Shown: in pieces, positions 31,888 through 41,366 of the stretch | Layout: each line of letters begins with the position of its first letter | How positions within the stretch are numbered: position 1 is the stretch's first letter | NCBI GenBank assembly: GCA_963829105.1 | Contig: CAWHHF010000023.1 | Span: forward strand, 12,844 to 76,843 | Direction: 5' to 3' | DNA from: an uncultured Chloroflexia bacterium | Lineage (GTDB): Bacteria > Chloroflexota > Limnocylindria > Limnocylindrales > CSP1-4 | Length of the DNA stretch: 64,000 nt | Program-made: the position numbers and the translations under genes | Notes under the pieces: model-generated | Told to the model about the DNA's origin: nothing | Seen by the model: only the letters and a program-made list of their open reading frames with translations | The model's database searches: none

Positions 31888-32519
31888 CCGGGCTCGAGAT
31901 CGGCCGGCGTGTCGATGTCGCGAAGGGTGGCGCCCGCGGGGTCCAGGGTGCGCCAGCTGTCGCCCGACAGGGTGGCCGAGGAAATCGCTTCCAGCAGAGC
32001 GAGGAGGCTGCGTCGGCCCCCGGTGGCGAGGATCGCGTCGATCGGGCGGCGGGCCGCGTCAGGACGGACGGCCATCGGGAGCGGCGCGGGGCCCGATGCG
32101 GCGAGCGTCATCGCGGCAAGGGACGGATCCGCGGCGAGGGTGCCGACCAGTAGCCTGAGCACCGCCGGGACAAGCATCGGCATGTCGCCACCCACGACGA
32201 GCGCGATGTGCGGAGCCTCATCACCCACCCGAGTGTCCACAGCTGCGAGCCCAGAGGCCAGCCCCGCCAGCGGTCCGCCGTGCGCAACCCGGTCACGGGC
32301 GAAGACCACGCGGCCGGCGAGCCCGTCCGGGACGGACGGCAACGGAGCGTCCGGCGCGATGACGACGACGACCGAGGAAGCGACGGCGGCAACGGCCTCC
32401 ACGGCGTGGTGCAGAAGCGGCCGCCCGCCGAGATCCGCCGCCAGCTTGTCCGAGGCGAAGCGGGACGACGCGCCACCGGCGAGCACGATCGCCACCACGT
32501 CATGCGAGGAGGAGGTCAC
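31884..32519 (-). CDS. mobA: Molybdenum cofactor guanylyltransferase (MobA-like)
   Basis: IVLAGGASSRFASDKLAADLGGRPLL is the N-terminal signature. The GTG start overlaps the selB stop (GTGA). Confidence 0.8.
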   Translation of the reverse strand: MTSSSHDVVAIVLAGGASSRFASDKLAADLGGRPLLHHAVEAVAAVASSVVVVIAPDAPLPSVPDGLAGRVVFARDRVAHGGPLAGLASGLAAVDTRVGDEAPHIALVVGGDMPMLVPAVLRLLVGTLAADPSLAAMTLAASGPAPLPMAVRPDAARRPIDAILATGGRRSLLALLEAISSATLSGDSWRTLDPAGATLRDIDTPADLEPG

Positions 32520-34444
32520 GAGCCGTCCGCCCTCGTGGGAGCGGCCGGGACCGCCCGGGCCTGCATGCGGGCGAGGGCCCTCGGTCCGAGGACGTGCCCC
32601 GCGTCCGTGCGCCGGAGGAGCCCGCGACGGTCGAGGTCCTCGAGGATGACGAGGACGAACCGGCGGCTGGTCCCGGTCGCGTCGCGGAACTCGGCGGGGC
32701 TGAGGGGCGCTGCGGCGGCCATGGCCAGGGCGCGCGTGACGAGCTCCCCGTAGGTGCCCGCCGCCCACGCCAGGTCGTCGTCGAGGCGGACGATGCGGCC
32801 CGCGGCTTCCAGCGCGCGCACGCCGTCGGGCGGGCAGCCCGCCGCGCGAGCCGCTTCGGCGAGGGACGGGGGCGCGGCGACGGAGAGGGCGATCTCGAGA
32901 CGATCCATCGCGGCGAGCGTCGCGGGTGGCACGCCGGCGGCCCGGGTGGCGACCCGGATCCGGTCCCCGTCCCGGGCGAGGGCACCGGCTGAGATCACGT
33001 CGTCCACCACCTGCCGGGCGACCTCGTCGGCACCATCGCGACCAAGCGTGACCAGCCGCCGCGCGGAGATGGCCAGGACCTGGCGAAGGGCGGCGACGGA
33101 GATCCCCGGCGACGCCGGCTCGGCGGCATGGTGCTCCAGGACGAGCGCCCGCGCCCGATCCGCAAGCGCCGCGGCCACGTCCGGCGCGAGGTCCCATCGG
33201 CCGCCCGACCGCAGCGCCCCGTGCAGGTCGAGCCGTGCCTTCGCGTCGCCCACGGTGGCCGCCATCGCCGCCGCTCGCCCCGGCGTGAGACGGCGGCGGG
33301 AGACCCCACGCGGAGGCGCCGGATCAAGGATCACGCCGCCGCCGGCCGCCGAGCCCGGCGATGGTCTCCGCAGCGCGAAGCGGTCCCCCGCCGCGGCCGC
33401 GATGGGCGACTCCAGCCTGATGATCGCCGGGACCGACCCGTCCGGCAGGTCGATCGCCTCGCGGGGTCCGCGTACGACCAGGGCGGCCGCCTGGTCCGTC
33501 CCGAGGTGCAGCCTCACGCGCTCTCGGTCCACGGGCGCCGCGGGCGCGGCCCCCGCCGGGCCGCCCAGCCCGGCCGGCGGACGCATCGCCACCAGCACCC
33601 GCGACGTCGCGACCACGGCAAGGTCGGTCGTCAGCACCTGGCCGCGTCGCAGCTCCGCGGCCCCCACCCCGCCGACCAGCAGCGCCGTCCGCCCCCCGTC
33701 GGCGATGTCGACCGTCGCGCCACGCTCCTGGACCTCGCGCACGCGAACCTCGAAGCCGTCCGGCTGGAGCCGCAGCACGTCGCCCGCCGCCAACTGCCCG
33801 CCCCGCAGGCTCCCGGTCACGACGGTGCCCCGTCCCTTGACCGCGAACACCCGGTCGATCGCGAGGCGCGGCCCAGCGCCCGTGCGGGAACGAGCCATCA
33901 CCCTGTCCCGCAACGCGAGGAGCTCACCCCGCAGCGCGTCCAGCCCGGCACCCGACACGGCGCTCACCACGACGACCCGCGCTCCGGCGAGGCTCGTCCG
34001 CCCGACCAGGTCCTCGACCTCCGCGACGACCTCGGCCGCCCGATCGGTCGATACGAGGTCGGCCTTCGTCACCGTGACCACGCCGTCCGGGATCCCGAGG
34101 GAATCGAGCAGCTCGAGATGCTCCAGCGTCTGGGCATTTGGACCGTCGTCGGCCGCCACCACGACCAGCGCCGCGTCGATCTCACCCGCGCCCACCAGCA
34201 TGTTGCCGACCAGCCGGTCATGGCCCGGCACGTCCACGAAGTCCAGCACGGACCCGTCGGGCAGCTCGAGGTGCGCATACCCGACATCGATCGTCATCCC
34301 CCGCCGGCGCTCCTCCGGCAGCCGGTCCGCATCGATGCCCGTCAAGGCGCGAAGGAGCGTGGTCTTGCCGTGGTCGATGTGCCCGGCCGTCCCGACGACG
34401 ACGCTCGGCCCGCTCCCTGCGCTCGGCCCGCTCCTCGCGCTCAT
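32516..34444 (-). CDS. selB: Selenocysteine-specific translation elongation factor
   Basis: VVGTAGHIDHGKTTLLRALTG...DVPGHDRLV...TKADL forms the GTPase domain, followed by long C-terminal winged-helix-type extensions. It is adjacent to selA. Confidence 0.92.
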   Translation of the reverse strand: MSARSGPSAGSGPSVVVGTAGHIDHGKTTLLRALTGIDADRLPEERRRGMTIDVGYAHLELPDGSVLDFVDVPGHDRLVGNMLVGAGEIDAALVVVAADDGPNAQTLEHLELLDSLGIPDGVVTVTKADLVSTDRAAEVVAEVEDLVGRTSLAGARVVVVSAVSGAGLDALRGELLALRDRVMARSRTGAGPRLAIDRVFAVKGRGTVVTGSLRGGQLAAGDVLRLQPDGFEVRVREVQERGATVDIADGGRTALLVGGVGAAELRRGQVLTTDLAVVATSRVLVAMRPPAGLGGPAGAAPAAPVDRERVRLHLGTDQAAALVVRGPREAIDLPDGSVPAIIRLESPIAAAAGDRFALRRPSPGSAAGGGVILDPAPPRGVSRRRLTPGRAAAMAATVGDAKARLDLHGALRSGGRWDLAPDVAAALADRARALVLEHHAAEPASPGISVAALRQVLAISARRLVTLGRDGADEVARQVVDDVISAGALARDGDRIRVATRAAGVPPATLAAMDRLEIALSVAAPPSLAEAARAAGCPPDGVRALEAAGRIVRLDDDLAWAAGTYGELVTRALAMAAAAPLSPAEFRDATGTSRRFVLVILEDLDRRGLLRRTDAGHVLGPRALARMQARAVPAAPTRADGS

Positions 34445-34531
34445 GGTGTGCGGAGCCTCATCACGGGCGGATGCCCGCTGCGGCATGCGGGCGGGTGCGC
34501 GCTGCGGAACAGGGGCGACGTGCGGGCGACG

Positions 34532-35938
34532 TCACGATCGCGGCGCCGGAACATCCGCGAGCCGCCGGACGATGATGCCGTCGGCGGATGCGGGCACCGT
34601 CCGGAGGTCGAACACCACCGCACCGTCCACGATCCGCGCCAGGATGCGGTCCGGTCCGCGGCGCAGCGCGGCCGCCGCTCTCGACGGCGACGCCGCCGGC
34701 ACCGACACCCCGAACGATGGCAGCACCTGCCCCGGCAGCGACCCCCCGCCGACCGGCGACTCGAGCGCCACCGTCTCCACGTCGCGTCGGCCCGGTGAGG
34801 CTTCGACCGCAGCCTCACGGATACCCTCCGCCCGCGCCCGCAGCGCGTCCGGCGGGACGGCGATCGTCTGCCACACCGGGATGTCGAGCGCGGCCCGCCC
34901 CGCCCGGTAGATGGCGAGCGTCGCGGCAACCCCCGCCAGGATCGCCTTGTCCGGGCGGATCACGCGCGCCATCGGGTCGCGTCGCAGCCGGGCCACCAGG
35001 TCCGCCCGTCCCACGATCAGCCCCGCCTGGGGCCCGCCCACCAGCTTGTCGCCGCTGAACAGGACGAGGTCCGCGCCGGCCGCGAGCCGCTCCGCCGGCG
35101 TCGGCTCGTGCGCGAGCCCGAATGCGGCCGTGTCCAGCAGCGCGCCCGAGCCCAGGTCGTCGATGACGATGGCGCCGCAGGCATGGGCGACAGCGGCGAC
35201 CTCGGCGAGGTCTGCGCTCCCGGTGAACCCCGACTGCGAGAAGTTCGACGGGTGGACCCGCAACACGATCCTCGCCCGACCGTCGGCGAGCGCCGCCTCG
35301 AAATCCGCGGCCCGGCTGCGGTTCGTCGTCCCCACCTCGACCAGCCGCGCCCCCGCCCGGACCACGACCTCCGGGATCCGCACCCCGCCGCCGATCTCGA
35401 CCAGCTCCCCGCGCGACACGATCACGGACCCGCGTCGGCCCGCCAGGCCCACGGCCAGCACCAGCGCGGCGGCGTTGTTCGTGACGACCATCGCGTCCTC
35501 GGCGCCGGTGAGCGCGACGAGGTGCTCCTCGGCCGCCCGGAACCGCGCCCCGCGACGGCCGGTCTCCTCGTCGAGCTCGAGGTACCCGTAGCTGCGCGCC
35601 GCGGCGAGGGCGGCGGCACGGGCGGCCCGCGGCCACGGTGCGCGGCCCAGGTTCGTGTGGAGCACGACGCCGGTCGCGTTGATGACGCGCGGCGGGATCG
35701 TCAGCGCGGGGTCGAGGAGGTCGTCGATGCGGCCGAGCACCGCAGCCGCCAGGTCGTCCTCGGCCGTTGGCGGCGCGCCCACCCCGAGTCGCCTGCGCTC
35801 CTCGTCAATGACCGACCGCACGATCTCGGTGAGCGCGGCGGGCTCGGATGCCTCCAACTCGTCCCGGACCATGGCGAGGACCCGCTCGACGCTCGGGGGG
35901 TGCGGAAGGTCCGCGGGGTGGCGGGGCTGCACCGGCAT
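34532..35938 (-). CDS. selA: L-seryl-tRNA(Sec) selenium transferase
   Basis: VINATGVVLHTNLGRAP...VVTNNAAALVLA...VSRGELVEIGGGVRIPEV...FSGDKLVGGPQAG, where the last motif carries the PLP lysine context. Confidence 0.92.
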   Translation of the reverse strand: MPVQPRHPADLPHPPSVERVLAMVRDELEASEPAALTEIVRSVIDEERRRLGVGAPPTAEDDLAAAVLGRIDDLLDPALTIPPRVINATGVVLHTNLGRAPWPRAARAAALAAARSYGYLELDEETGRRGARFRAAEEHLVALTGAEDAMVVTNNAAALVLAVGLAGRRGSVIVSRGELVEIGGGVRIPEVVVRAGARLVEVGTTNRSRAADFEAALADGRARIVLRVHPSNFSQSGFTGSADLAEVAAVAHACGAIVIDDLGSGALLDTAAFGLAHEPTPAERLAAGADLVLFSGDKLVGGPQAGLIVGRADLVARLRRDPMARVIRPDKAILAGVAATLAIYRAGRAALDIPVWQTIAVPPDALRARAEGIREAAVEASPGRRDVETVALESPVGGGSLPGQVLPSFGVSVPAASPSRAAAALRRGPDRILARIVDGAVVFDLRTVPASADGIIVRRLADVPAPRS

Positions 35939-36025
35939 GGCGAGATGATGGCAGGCCGGCGCATGATGCGGGTCACGGGGCGCGGACACCACCACGCACC
36001 ACGGGACTGGCGGGAGGCCCCAAGC

Positions 36026-37501
36026 ATGACCGGAACGATTCAGATTTCGGGCGCGACCTTCAGCCTGACGCCCCCGCTGGAGCCGATCCGCACGACCCGG
36101 CGCGTCCGGTTCCTCGAGGACGAGCAGCTCGAACGGCTCCGGGAGGCGACCTTCCACGTGCTGGAGACCGTGGGGGTCCGGTTCCCGAACGGCCGGTCGC
36201 TGGAGATCCTGGGGGACCACGGGGCGCAGGTGGACACGGCCACCCAGGTCGTGAAGATCCCGCGGGACCTGGTCCGGAAGGCGATGGCGCTCGCCCCGCG
36301 GTCGTTCACCATGGCCGCCCGGAACCCGGCCTTCGATCTCGTGCTGGAGGAGGGCACCTCCTACTACACGACGGACGGCTGCGGAGTGGCCGCGATCGAC
36401 CCGGACACCGGCCTCGAGCGGCCGTCTCGCAAGGAGGACGTCGCCCGGATGGCGCGGGCGGCGGACTACCTGCCGTCGATCGGCTTCATGTGGCCGACCG
36501 TCAGCGCCCAGGACATGGGCCGCACGTCGCAGCTCCACGAGATCGACGCCGCGTACAACAACACCGTCAAGCACTTCCAGGGCATGGTCATGGGCGACCA
36601 GGCGGCCCGCTTCGCCGTCGAGATGGCGACGGTCGTCGCCGGCAGCCGCGAGGCCCTCCGCTCCAGGCCGGTCTTCTCGAACCTGGTCTGCTCGATCGCG
36701 CCGCTCGCCCAGGACCACGCCGGCCTCGAGTCCGCGCTGGTCATGGCGGAGGCCGGGATCCCGGTGGGCTTCCTCTCCATGCCGACCCTCGGCACGACGG
36801 CGCCCTCCACCACGGCCGGGGCGCTCGTGGTCGGCGACGCCGAGGTGATCTCCGGCATCGTGCTGCTGCAGCTTGCCTGTCCCGGGGCGCCGGTGTTCCA
36901 CTCGATCATGAAGGCGTGGGCCGATCCCCGGACCGGGAGCTACGTGGGCTACTCCCTCGACGGCCGCGCCCGCTACGCGCCGGTCGAGATGGCCCACCAC
37001 TGGGGCGTCCCCTCGATGGCCGCGTGCTTCGGAACGGACTCAACCGCCGCGGGAACCTGGCTGGCGGCCTCCGATGTCGCGCTGGACCCCCTGCTCGGCG
37101 GCCTGTCGGGAGCGGAGTTGGTCACGGGCATGGGCCTCGACCGCACGTACACCCTGCTCTACCCAGAGGGGATCTTCCTCGACAACGAGCTGTACGAGCG
37201 GGCGCGCTACTCGCTCATGGCCGCCGACGTCAGCGATGAGACGCTGGCGCTGGACGTCATCGCGGCCGTGGGACCGGGCGGGCACTACCTGGCCGAGGAG
37301 CACACGCGGAAGCACATGAGGACGGCGCTCACCCGCGGCCTGGAGCACGAGCTGGCGGGCGGACGATACCGCGACCCGATCGAGGTGGCCCGCGAGAAGG
37401 CGGCCTGGGTCCGCGCGAACCACCACCCGGAGCCGCTGGGTTCCGCGGAGCAGGCGGAGCTGACCCGGATCCTCGACGCCGCGCGGCGGGCGATCGGGTG
37501 A
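36026..37501 (+). CDS. MttB-superfamily (trimethylamine methyltransferase-like) protein, non-pyrrolysine type
   Basis: 491 aa with no in-frame stop. LSDEQLERL-type N-terminus (FLEDEQLERLREATFHVLETVGVRF), PRDLVRKAMALAPRSFTMAARNP, and the C-terminus GPGGHYLAEEHTRKHM. Confidence 0.88.
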   Translation: MTGTIQISGATFSLTPPLEPIRTTRRVRFLEDEQLERLREATFHVLETVGVRFPNGRSLEILGDHGAQVDTATQVVKIPRDLVRKAMALAPRSFTMAARNPAFDLVLEEGTSYYTTDGCGVAAIDPDTGLERPSRKEDVARMARAADYLPSIGFMWPTVSAQDMGRTSQLHEIDAAYNNTVKHFQGMVMGDQAARFAVEMATVVAGSREALRSRPVFSNLVCSIAPLAQDHAGLESALVMAEAGIPVGFLSMPTLGTTAPSTTAGALVVGDAEVISGIVLLQLACPGAPVFHSIMKAWADPRTGSYVGYSLDGRARYAPVEMAHHWGVPSMAACFGTDSTAAGTWLAASDVALDPLLGGLSGAELVTGMGLDRTYTLLYPEGIFLDNELYERARYSLMAADVSDETLALDVIAAVGPGGHYLAEEHTRKHMRTALTRGLEHELAGGRYRDPIEVAREKAAWVRANHHPEPLGSAEQAELTRILDAARRAIG

Positions 37502-37612
37502 CCGGGGTTCGGGTGTTCGGGTGTTCGGGCGATCGGGTGACCGGGCGTTCGGGTGTTCGGGCGTTCGGATGACCGGGTGACCGGTCCGGCTCGGGTGACC
37601 GGTCCGGCTCGC
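37491..37612. repeat. Nested short tandem repeats between mttB-like and the FAD oxidoreductase gene
   Basis: gatcgggtgaccggg(g/c)(t)ttcgggtgttcggg(t/c)gttcgg occurs twice, then gggtgaccggtccggctc occurs twice. Confidence 0.8.
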
Positions 37613-37627
37613 GTCCGCAGGGCCGGC

Positions 37628-38878
37628 GTGCCCGGCGCGGTGGACGTCGTCGTCGTCGGTGGTGGGATCATCGGGACCTCCGCCGCCGCGTTCCTCTCGG
37701 CCGCCGGCGCCAGCGTCCTCCTGGTCGAGCGCGACGGGCTGGCCTCGGGCGCGTCCGGGGCCAACTCGGGGGTGGTCCAGCATCCGTTCGACCCGGTCCT
37801 GGCCGGGCTGTACCGGGACACCGTCGCGCTGTACCGAGAGCTGGCGGCCGTGTCCAACGGGTTCGCCATCGGCGAGCGGCCGGGGGGCCTGTTGTACATC
37901 TCTGGGGATGAAGCAGCCGCACGAGGCCAGGCGCGTTTGATCGGGGCGGCATTCCCGTCGCTGGGCATCGACGTCGTTGGCGGGGAAGAGCTCCGCCGCG
38001 TCGAGCCGGCCGCCGGGCCGGACCTGTGGGCGTGCCGGGTCGACATCGGCTACCCGGTCGTTCCGGGCGCTTCGACGTACGCGTACGCGACGCTGGCCGA
38101 GGCCCGGGGAACCGTCGTGCGGATGGGCCGGGCGGCCTCGCTGGCGATTGCCGGCGACGACGTGGTGGGGCTGCGAGTGAACGGAGAGCTCATCGGGGCC
38201 GGGGCGGTGCTGGTGGCCGCGGGGCCGTGGACGCCCGGGCTCCTGGACCCGTCCGGGCGCTGGGCGCCGGTCCGGGCTACCTGGGGCGTGGTGGTCGACG
38301 TGGAGCTCGCCGCCCCGCCCCGCCACGTGCTGGAGGAGGCGGGGATCGAGGCCGTGCTGGACGCGAGGGGTGGCGAGGACCGCGGGGCGCCGGTCGCGGT
38401 CCCGCAGGCGGGCGAGGGCGCGAACCGCGGCGGAGAGACCGGCTCGCACGCGGGCCAGGGCCAGCGCGACCGGGAGCGCAACCCGGAGCCGGCCGCCGAC
38501 GGCGCCGGCGTCGAGTTCAGCATCGTCCCGACACCGGGCGTGGCCGCGGCCGTGGGATCAACGTTCCTGCCCGTCGAGCCCGACCCGGCCGCCTGGATCG
38601 AGGCGATCCTGGTCCGGGCATCCCGCTTCGTCCCCGGCGTCGCCGACGCCCCGATCCGCGGCGTCCGCGCCTGCGCACGGCCGCAGAGCGTCGACGCGCG
38701 GCCTCTGGTGGGGAGGGTTCCGGGCAGGCGGAACCTGTTCGTCTGCGCCGGGCACGGACCGTGGGGGATCTCCACGGGGCCGGCGTCGGCGCGCCTGGTC
38801 GCGGAGCTGATCCTCGGCCTGCAGCCCGACATCCCCGCGGAGCTGGATCCCGGACGCTTCGGCACGCCCGGCGGCTGA
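37628..38878 (+). CDS. FAD-dependent oxidoreductase (DAO family; glycine/sarcosine/D-amino-acid oxidase-like)
   Basis: VDVVVVGGGIIGTSAAAFL...LLVER is the dinucleotide fold, and the C-terminus has CAGHGPWGIS. There is a low-complexity insert (GGEDRGAPVAVPQAGEGANRGGETGSHAGQGQRDRERNPEP). The start is uncertain: GTG at 37628 or ATG at 37553 inside the repeat. Confidence 0.72.
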   Translation: MPGAVDVVVVGGGIIGTSAAAFLSAAGASVLLVERDGLASGASGANSGVVQHPFDPVLAGLYRDTVALYRELAAVSNGFAIGERPGGLLYISGDEAAARGQARLIGAAFPSLGIDVVGGEELRRVEPAAGPDLWACRVDIGYPVVPGASTYAYATLAEARGTVVRMGRAASLAIAGDDVVGLRVNGELIGAGAVLVAAGPWTPGLLDPSGRWAPVRATWGVVVDVELAAPPRHVLEEAGIEAVLDARGGEDRGAPVAVPQAGEGANRGGETGSHAGQGQRDRERNPEPAADGAGVEFSIVPTPGVAAAVGSTFLPVEPDPAAWIEAILVRASRFVPGVADAPIRGVRACARPQSVDARPLVGRVPGRRNLFVCAGHGPWGISTGPASARLVAELILGLQPDIPAELDPGRFGTPGG

Positions 38879-38934
38879 GGCTCTCGAGTCGCTCCGCGGG
38901 CCAGCGCCCACTGCGTGGACCCGACCGAGACGCA

Positions 38935-39031
38935 TGGCGGGAGCGCATGGGAGTCGAACCCACCGCGCGACGCCGGGCGCCGCGCCACCGGTTTTGAAGA
39001 CCGGGAGGCCCACCGGGACCCCACCGCTCCC
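38935..39031 (-). tRNA. selC: tRNA-Sec (anticodon UCA)
   Basis: The reverse strand reads GGGAGCGGTGGGGTCCCGGTGGGCCTCCCGGTCTTCAAAACCGGTGGCGCGGCGCCCGGCGTCGCGCGGTGGGTTCGACTCCCATGCGCTCCCGCCA. The anticodon stem CCGGT/ACCGG has loop CTTCAAA. There is a long GC-rich variable arm, a GGTTCGACTCC T-loop and an encoded CCA. The 97 nt length is typical of bacterial tRNA-Sec, and the gene lies between selA/selB and selD. Confidence 0.85.
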
Positions 39032-39160
39032 GCGATGCCGGTCCCCTGGATCGGCAGGCCGCCAGCGTACCGCCCTCGCGAGTCCGGGACGGAGAGCCGC
39101 AAGGGAGGGCCGCCATCGGTCGCACCCGGCGCAGCCCGTCCGGCGGCCTATGATCCCGGG

Positions 39161-40228
39161 ATGAGCGTGCGCCCCGACCCCCCTCGGATCCGCCTGACCG
39201 AGATGACCGACTGCGGCGGGTGCGCCGCGAAGCTGGGGGCGGACTTCCTGGCTCAGGCCCTCTCCGGGCTCGGCGCCGGCAGCATCCCTGACTCGAACCT
39301 GATCGCGGGCCTCGAGCCGCCGGACGACGCCGCCGCCTGGCGCATCTCGGACGACCTCGCGATCCTGGGCACCCTTGACTTCTTCCCGCCCCTGGTCGAC
39401 GACCCCGTCGCCTACGGGGAGATCGCCGCGGCCAACGCGCTCTCGGACGTGTTCGCGATGGGCGGTCGGGTGCTGTTCGCGCTCTCGATCGCGGCCTTCC
39501 CGGAGGACTTCCCGACGGCCGCACTCGCCGCCGTGCTGGAGGCGGCCGCGACGAAGGTCCGCGAGGCGGGGGGCGTGCTCGCCGGCGGCCACACGATCCG
39601 GGACCCCGAGCCGAAGTACGGCCTGGCGGTGATCGGCGCGGCGCACCCGGACCGGCTGCTGCGCAAGGGAGGTGCGCGGCCGGGCGACGTGCTGCTGCTG
39701 ACGAAGCGGCTCGGCACGGGGCTCCTCGTCAACGGCCGCCGGCAGGGCCGCACGTCGGACGCGGACCTTGATGCGGCGATCGACCAGATGCGGACCCTCA
39801 ACCGAGCCGCGTCCGAGGTCCTCGTCCGGCATGGGATCCGCGGCGCCACCGACGTCACGGGCTTCGGGCTGCTGGGCCACGGGCTGGAGATGGCGCGGGC
39901 CTCCGGGACCCGGCTCCTGTTCGAGGCGGCAGCACTCCCGGCGCTGGGCGGTGCGTCGGACCTGGCCCGGGCCGGGGTGGAGACCGGCGGTGCGGGCCAC
40001 AACCGGCGGTACACGACGCCGTCGCTGACGGTCGGACCCGACGTGGCCGCAGCCGGCATCGCGCTCGCGCATGACCCGCAGACCTCCGGTGGCCTGCTCG
40101 CGGCGGTGCCCCGGTCGGACGTCGCAGCGGTCGAGACCGGTTTCCGGGCCGCGGGCGTAGAAAGCTGGCGGGTGGGCGTCGTTGAGGCGATCGGGGACGG
40201 CGACGCGCCCGGCGTGGAGCTCCGCTGA
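39161..40228 (+). CDS. selD: Selenide, water dikinase (selenophosphate synthetase), Cys-type
   Basis: RLTEMTDCGGCAAKLG is the N-terminal active-site loop (Cys, no in-frame TGA). The AIR-synthase-like fold is shown by DDAAAW...LDFFPPLVDDP...AAANALSDVFAMGG...LAGGHT. Confidence 0.92.
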   Translation: MSVRPDPPRIRLTEMTDCGGCAAKLGADFLAQALSGLGAGSIPDSNLIAGLEPPDDAAAWRISDDLAILGTLDFFPPLVDDPVAYGEIAAANALSDVFAMGGRVLFALSIAAFPEDFPTAALAAVLEAAATKVREAGGVLAGGHTIRDPEPKYGLAVIGAAHPDRLLRKGGARPGDVLLLTKRLGTGLLVNGRRQGRTSDADLDAAIDQMRTLNRAASEVLVRHGIRGATDVTGFGLLGHGLEMARASGTRLLFEAAALPALGGASDLARAGVETGGAGHNRRYTTPSLTVGPDVAAAGIALAHDPQTSGGLLAAVPRSDVAAVETGFRAAGVESWRVGVVEAIGDGDAPGVELR

Positions 40229-40259
40229 AGGCCGGCCCTGCTTGGACGGGGTGGGCGGG

Positions 40260-40850
40260 TCAGCGGAGGCGGGCCCACGCCCCGGCGCACGTGGCGCCCG
40301 CGCCGATGACCGCCCAGAGCGCGGCGTTCGTCAGCGCCTGGCCCAGGCGGCGATCGCTGCCCGCGGACGCCCCGACCAGCGAGAGCAGGGTGGCGTTCGA
40401 GAGGCCGAACGCGACCAGCGCCCCGGCCACGATGCCGGCGAACACGACCACCAGCATCACCCGGCCGTGCTTGAAGCCGGTCACGCGCACGACGCCCTCG
40501 GCGATGAGGCGGCCGGCGAAGTAGCTGACGATGATCGAGAAGAAGCCGATCTGCGCCGCAACGAGGGCGGCCAGCAGCCCGCCGCCGGCCGAGACGGCCA
40601 GGCCGCCGACGGCCTCGACCGGCGTGAACGAGGTCAGGGGATCGAAGGCGGGCTTGCCGCAGTCGCGGCACCGGAAGCCGACCGGGCCCTGCACCGCGCA
40701 CCTCGGGCAGATCGGACGGTCGCATCGGCCGCAGCGGACCCACGTCTCGCGATCCGGGTGCCGGTAGCAGAAGAGGCGCCCGCCGTCGGGCTCGGCGACG
40801 CCGTCCGTGCCGTCATCGGCCGGTCCGGTGAGCGCCTCTTCGCTGGTCAT
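40260..40850 (-). CDS. Membrane protein with an N-terminal B-box-type zinc finger
   Basis: CYRHPDRETWVRCGRCDRPICPRCAVQGPVGFRCRDC is followed by 4 hydrophobic segments. Confidence 0.6.
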   Translation of the reverse strand: MTSEEALTGPADDGTDGVAEPDGGRLFCYRHPDRETWVRCGRCDRPICPRCAVQGPVGFRCRDCGKPAFDPLTSFTPVEAVGGLAVSAGGGLLAALVAAQIGFFSIIVSYFAGRLIAEGVVRVTGFKHGRVMLVVVFAGIVAGALVAFGLSNATLLSLVGASAGSDRRLGQALTNAALWAVIGAGATCAGAWARLR

Positions 40851-40920
40851 CGCTCGAGAGCGTGCCGGGGCGGCGAGCGGCCGTCAAATCGACCTGCCCC
40901 GGCGCACCGGCCGGGAGCCG

Positions 40921-41214
40921 TCAGGCGCCGTCGAACGTCCCGTCCATCCAGTCCGGGTCGTCCTCCAGCAGCGCGCGCAGCTCGAGGTACCGGTCGTTCT
41001 GCTCCGGGCTGTCGGCGTTGGCCTTGTAGGTGGCCTCGTCGTCGAACAGGGCGACCAGGAACACGGTCGGCCGCTCGTAGGGGTTCTTGTCGGGGCGGAA
41101 GAAGTAGCTGGAGCGGAAGCCCCGGACGCTGACGCGCTCCATCCGCCTGCCGTAGGCGAGGAGATCGTCGAGCCGGCCCGGCTTGGGGTGAAGTCGCGCG
41201 ATCGTGCCGTACAT
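40921..41214 (-). CDS. Small ABM-like (antibiotic biosynthesis monooxygenase fold) protein, putative
   Basis: MYGTIARLHPKPGRLDDLLAYGRRMERV...TVFLVALFDDEATYKANADSPEQNDRYLELRALL. It is taken as separate from the upstream in-frame MttB relic. Confidence 0.5.
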   Translation of the reverse strand: MYGTIARLHPKPGRLDDLLAYGRRMERVSVRGFRSSYFFRPDKNPYERPTVFLVALFDDEATYKANADSPEQNDRYLELRALLEDDPDWMDGTFDGA

Positions 41215-41366
41215 GGTGGGGACGCACCTCCTGGCGGGAACTGGGATCCGGTCCGGGCCGGATCGGAGGTGGATTGTCCGCCAATCGGGCGATCGTCGCC
41301 GGATCGTCGCCGGGCTGCCGTCATGCCGCACCCGGGCCGACGCAGGCGGGACGTATCGACCCCGAC

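Noticed and set aside
34532-37000. 822 aa form of the selA ORF; likewise the long forms of psuG (to 6139), zwf (from 13183), opcA (from 14652) and sbcD (to 27024)
   Set aside because: The upstream extensions run antisense through neighbouring genes or are Arg/Pro-rich. Internal starts give family-typical lengths and, in several cases, have Shine-Dalgarno sequences.
38915-39160. N-terminal extension of the selD ORF (437 aa form)
   Set aside because: The extension overlaps the tRNA-Sec gene on the opposite strand and has non-coding composition. The canonical SelD N-terminus begins at the ATG at 39161.
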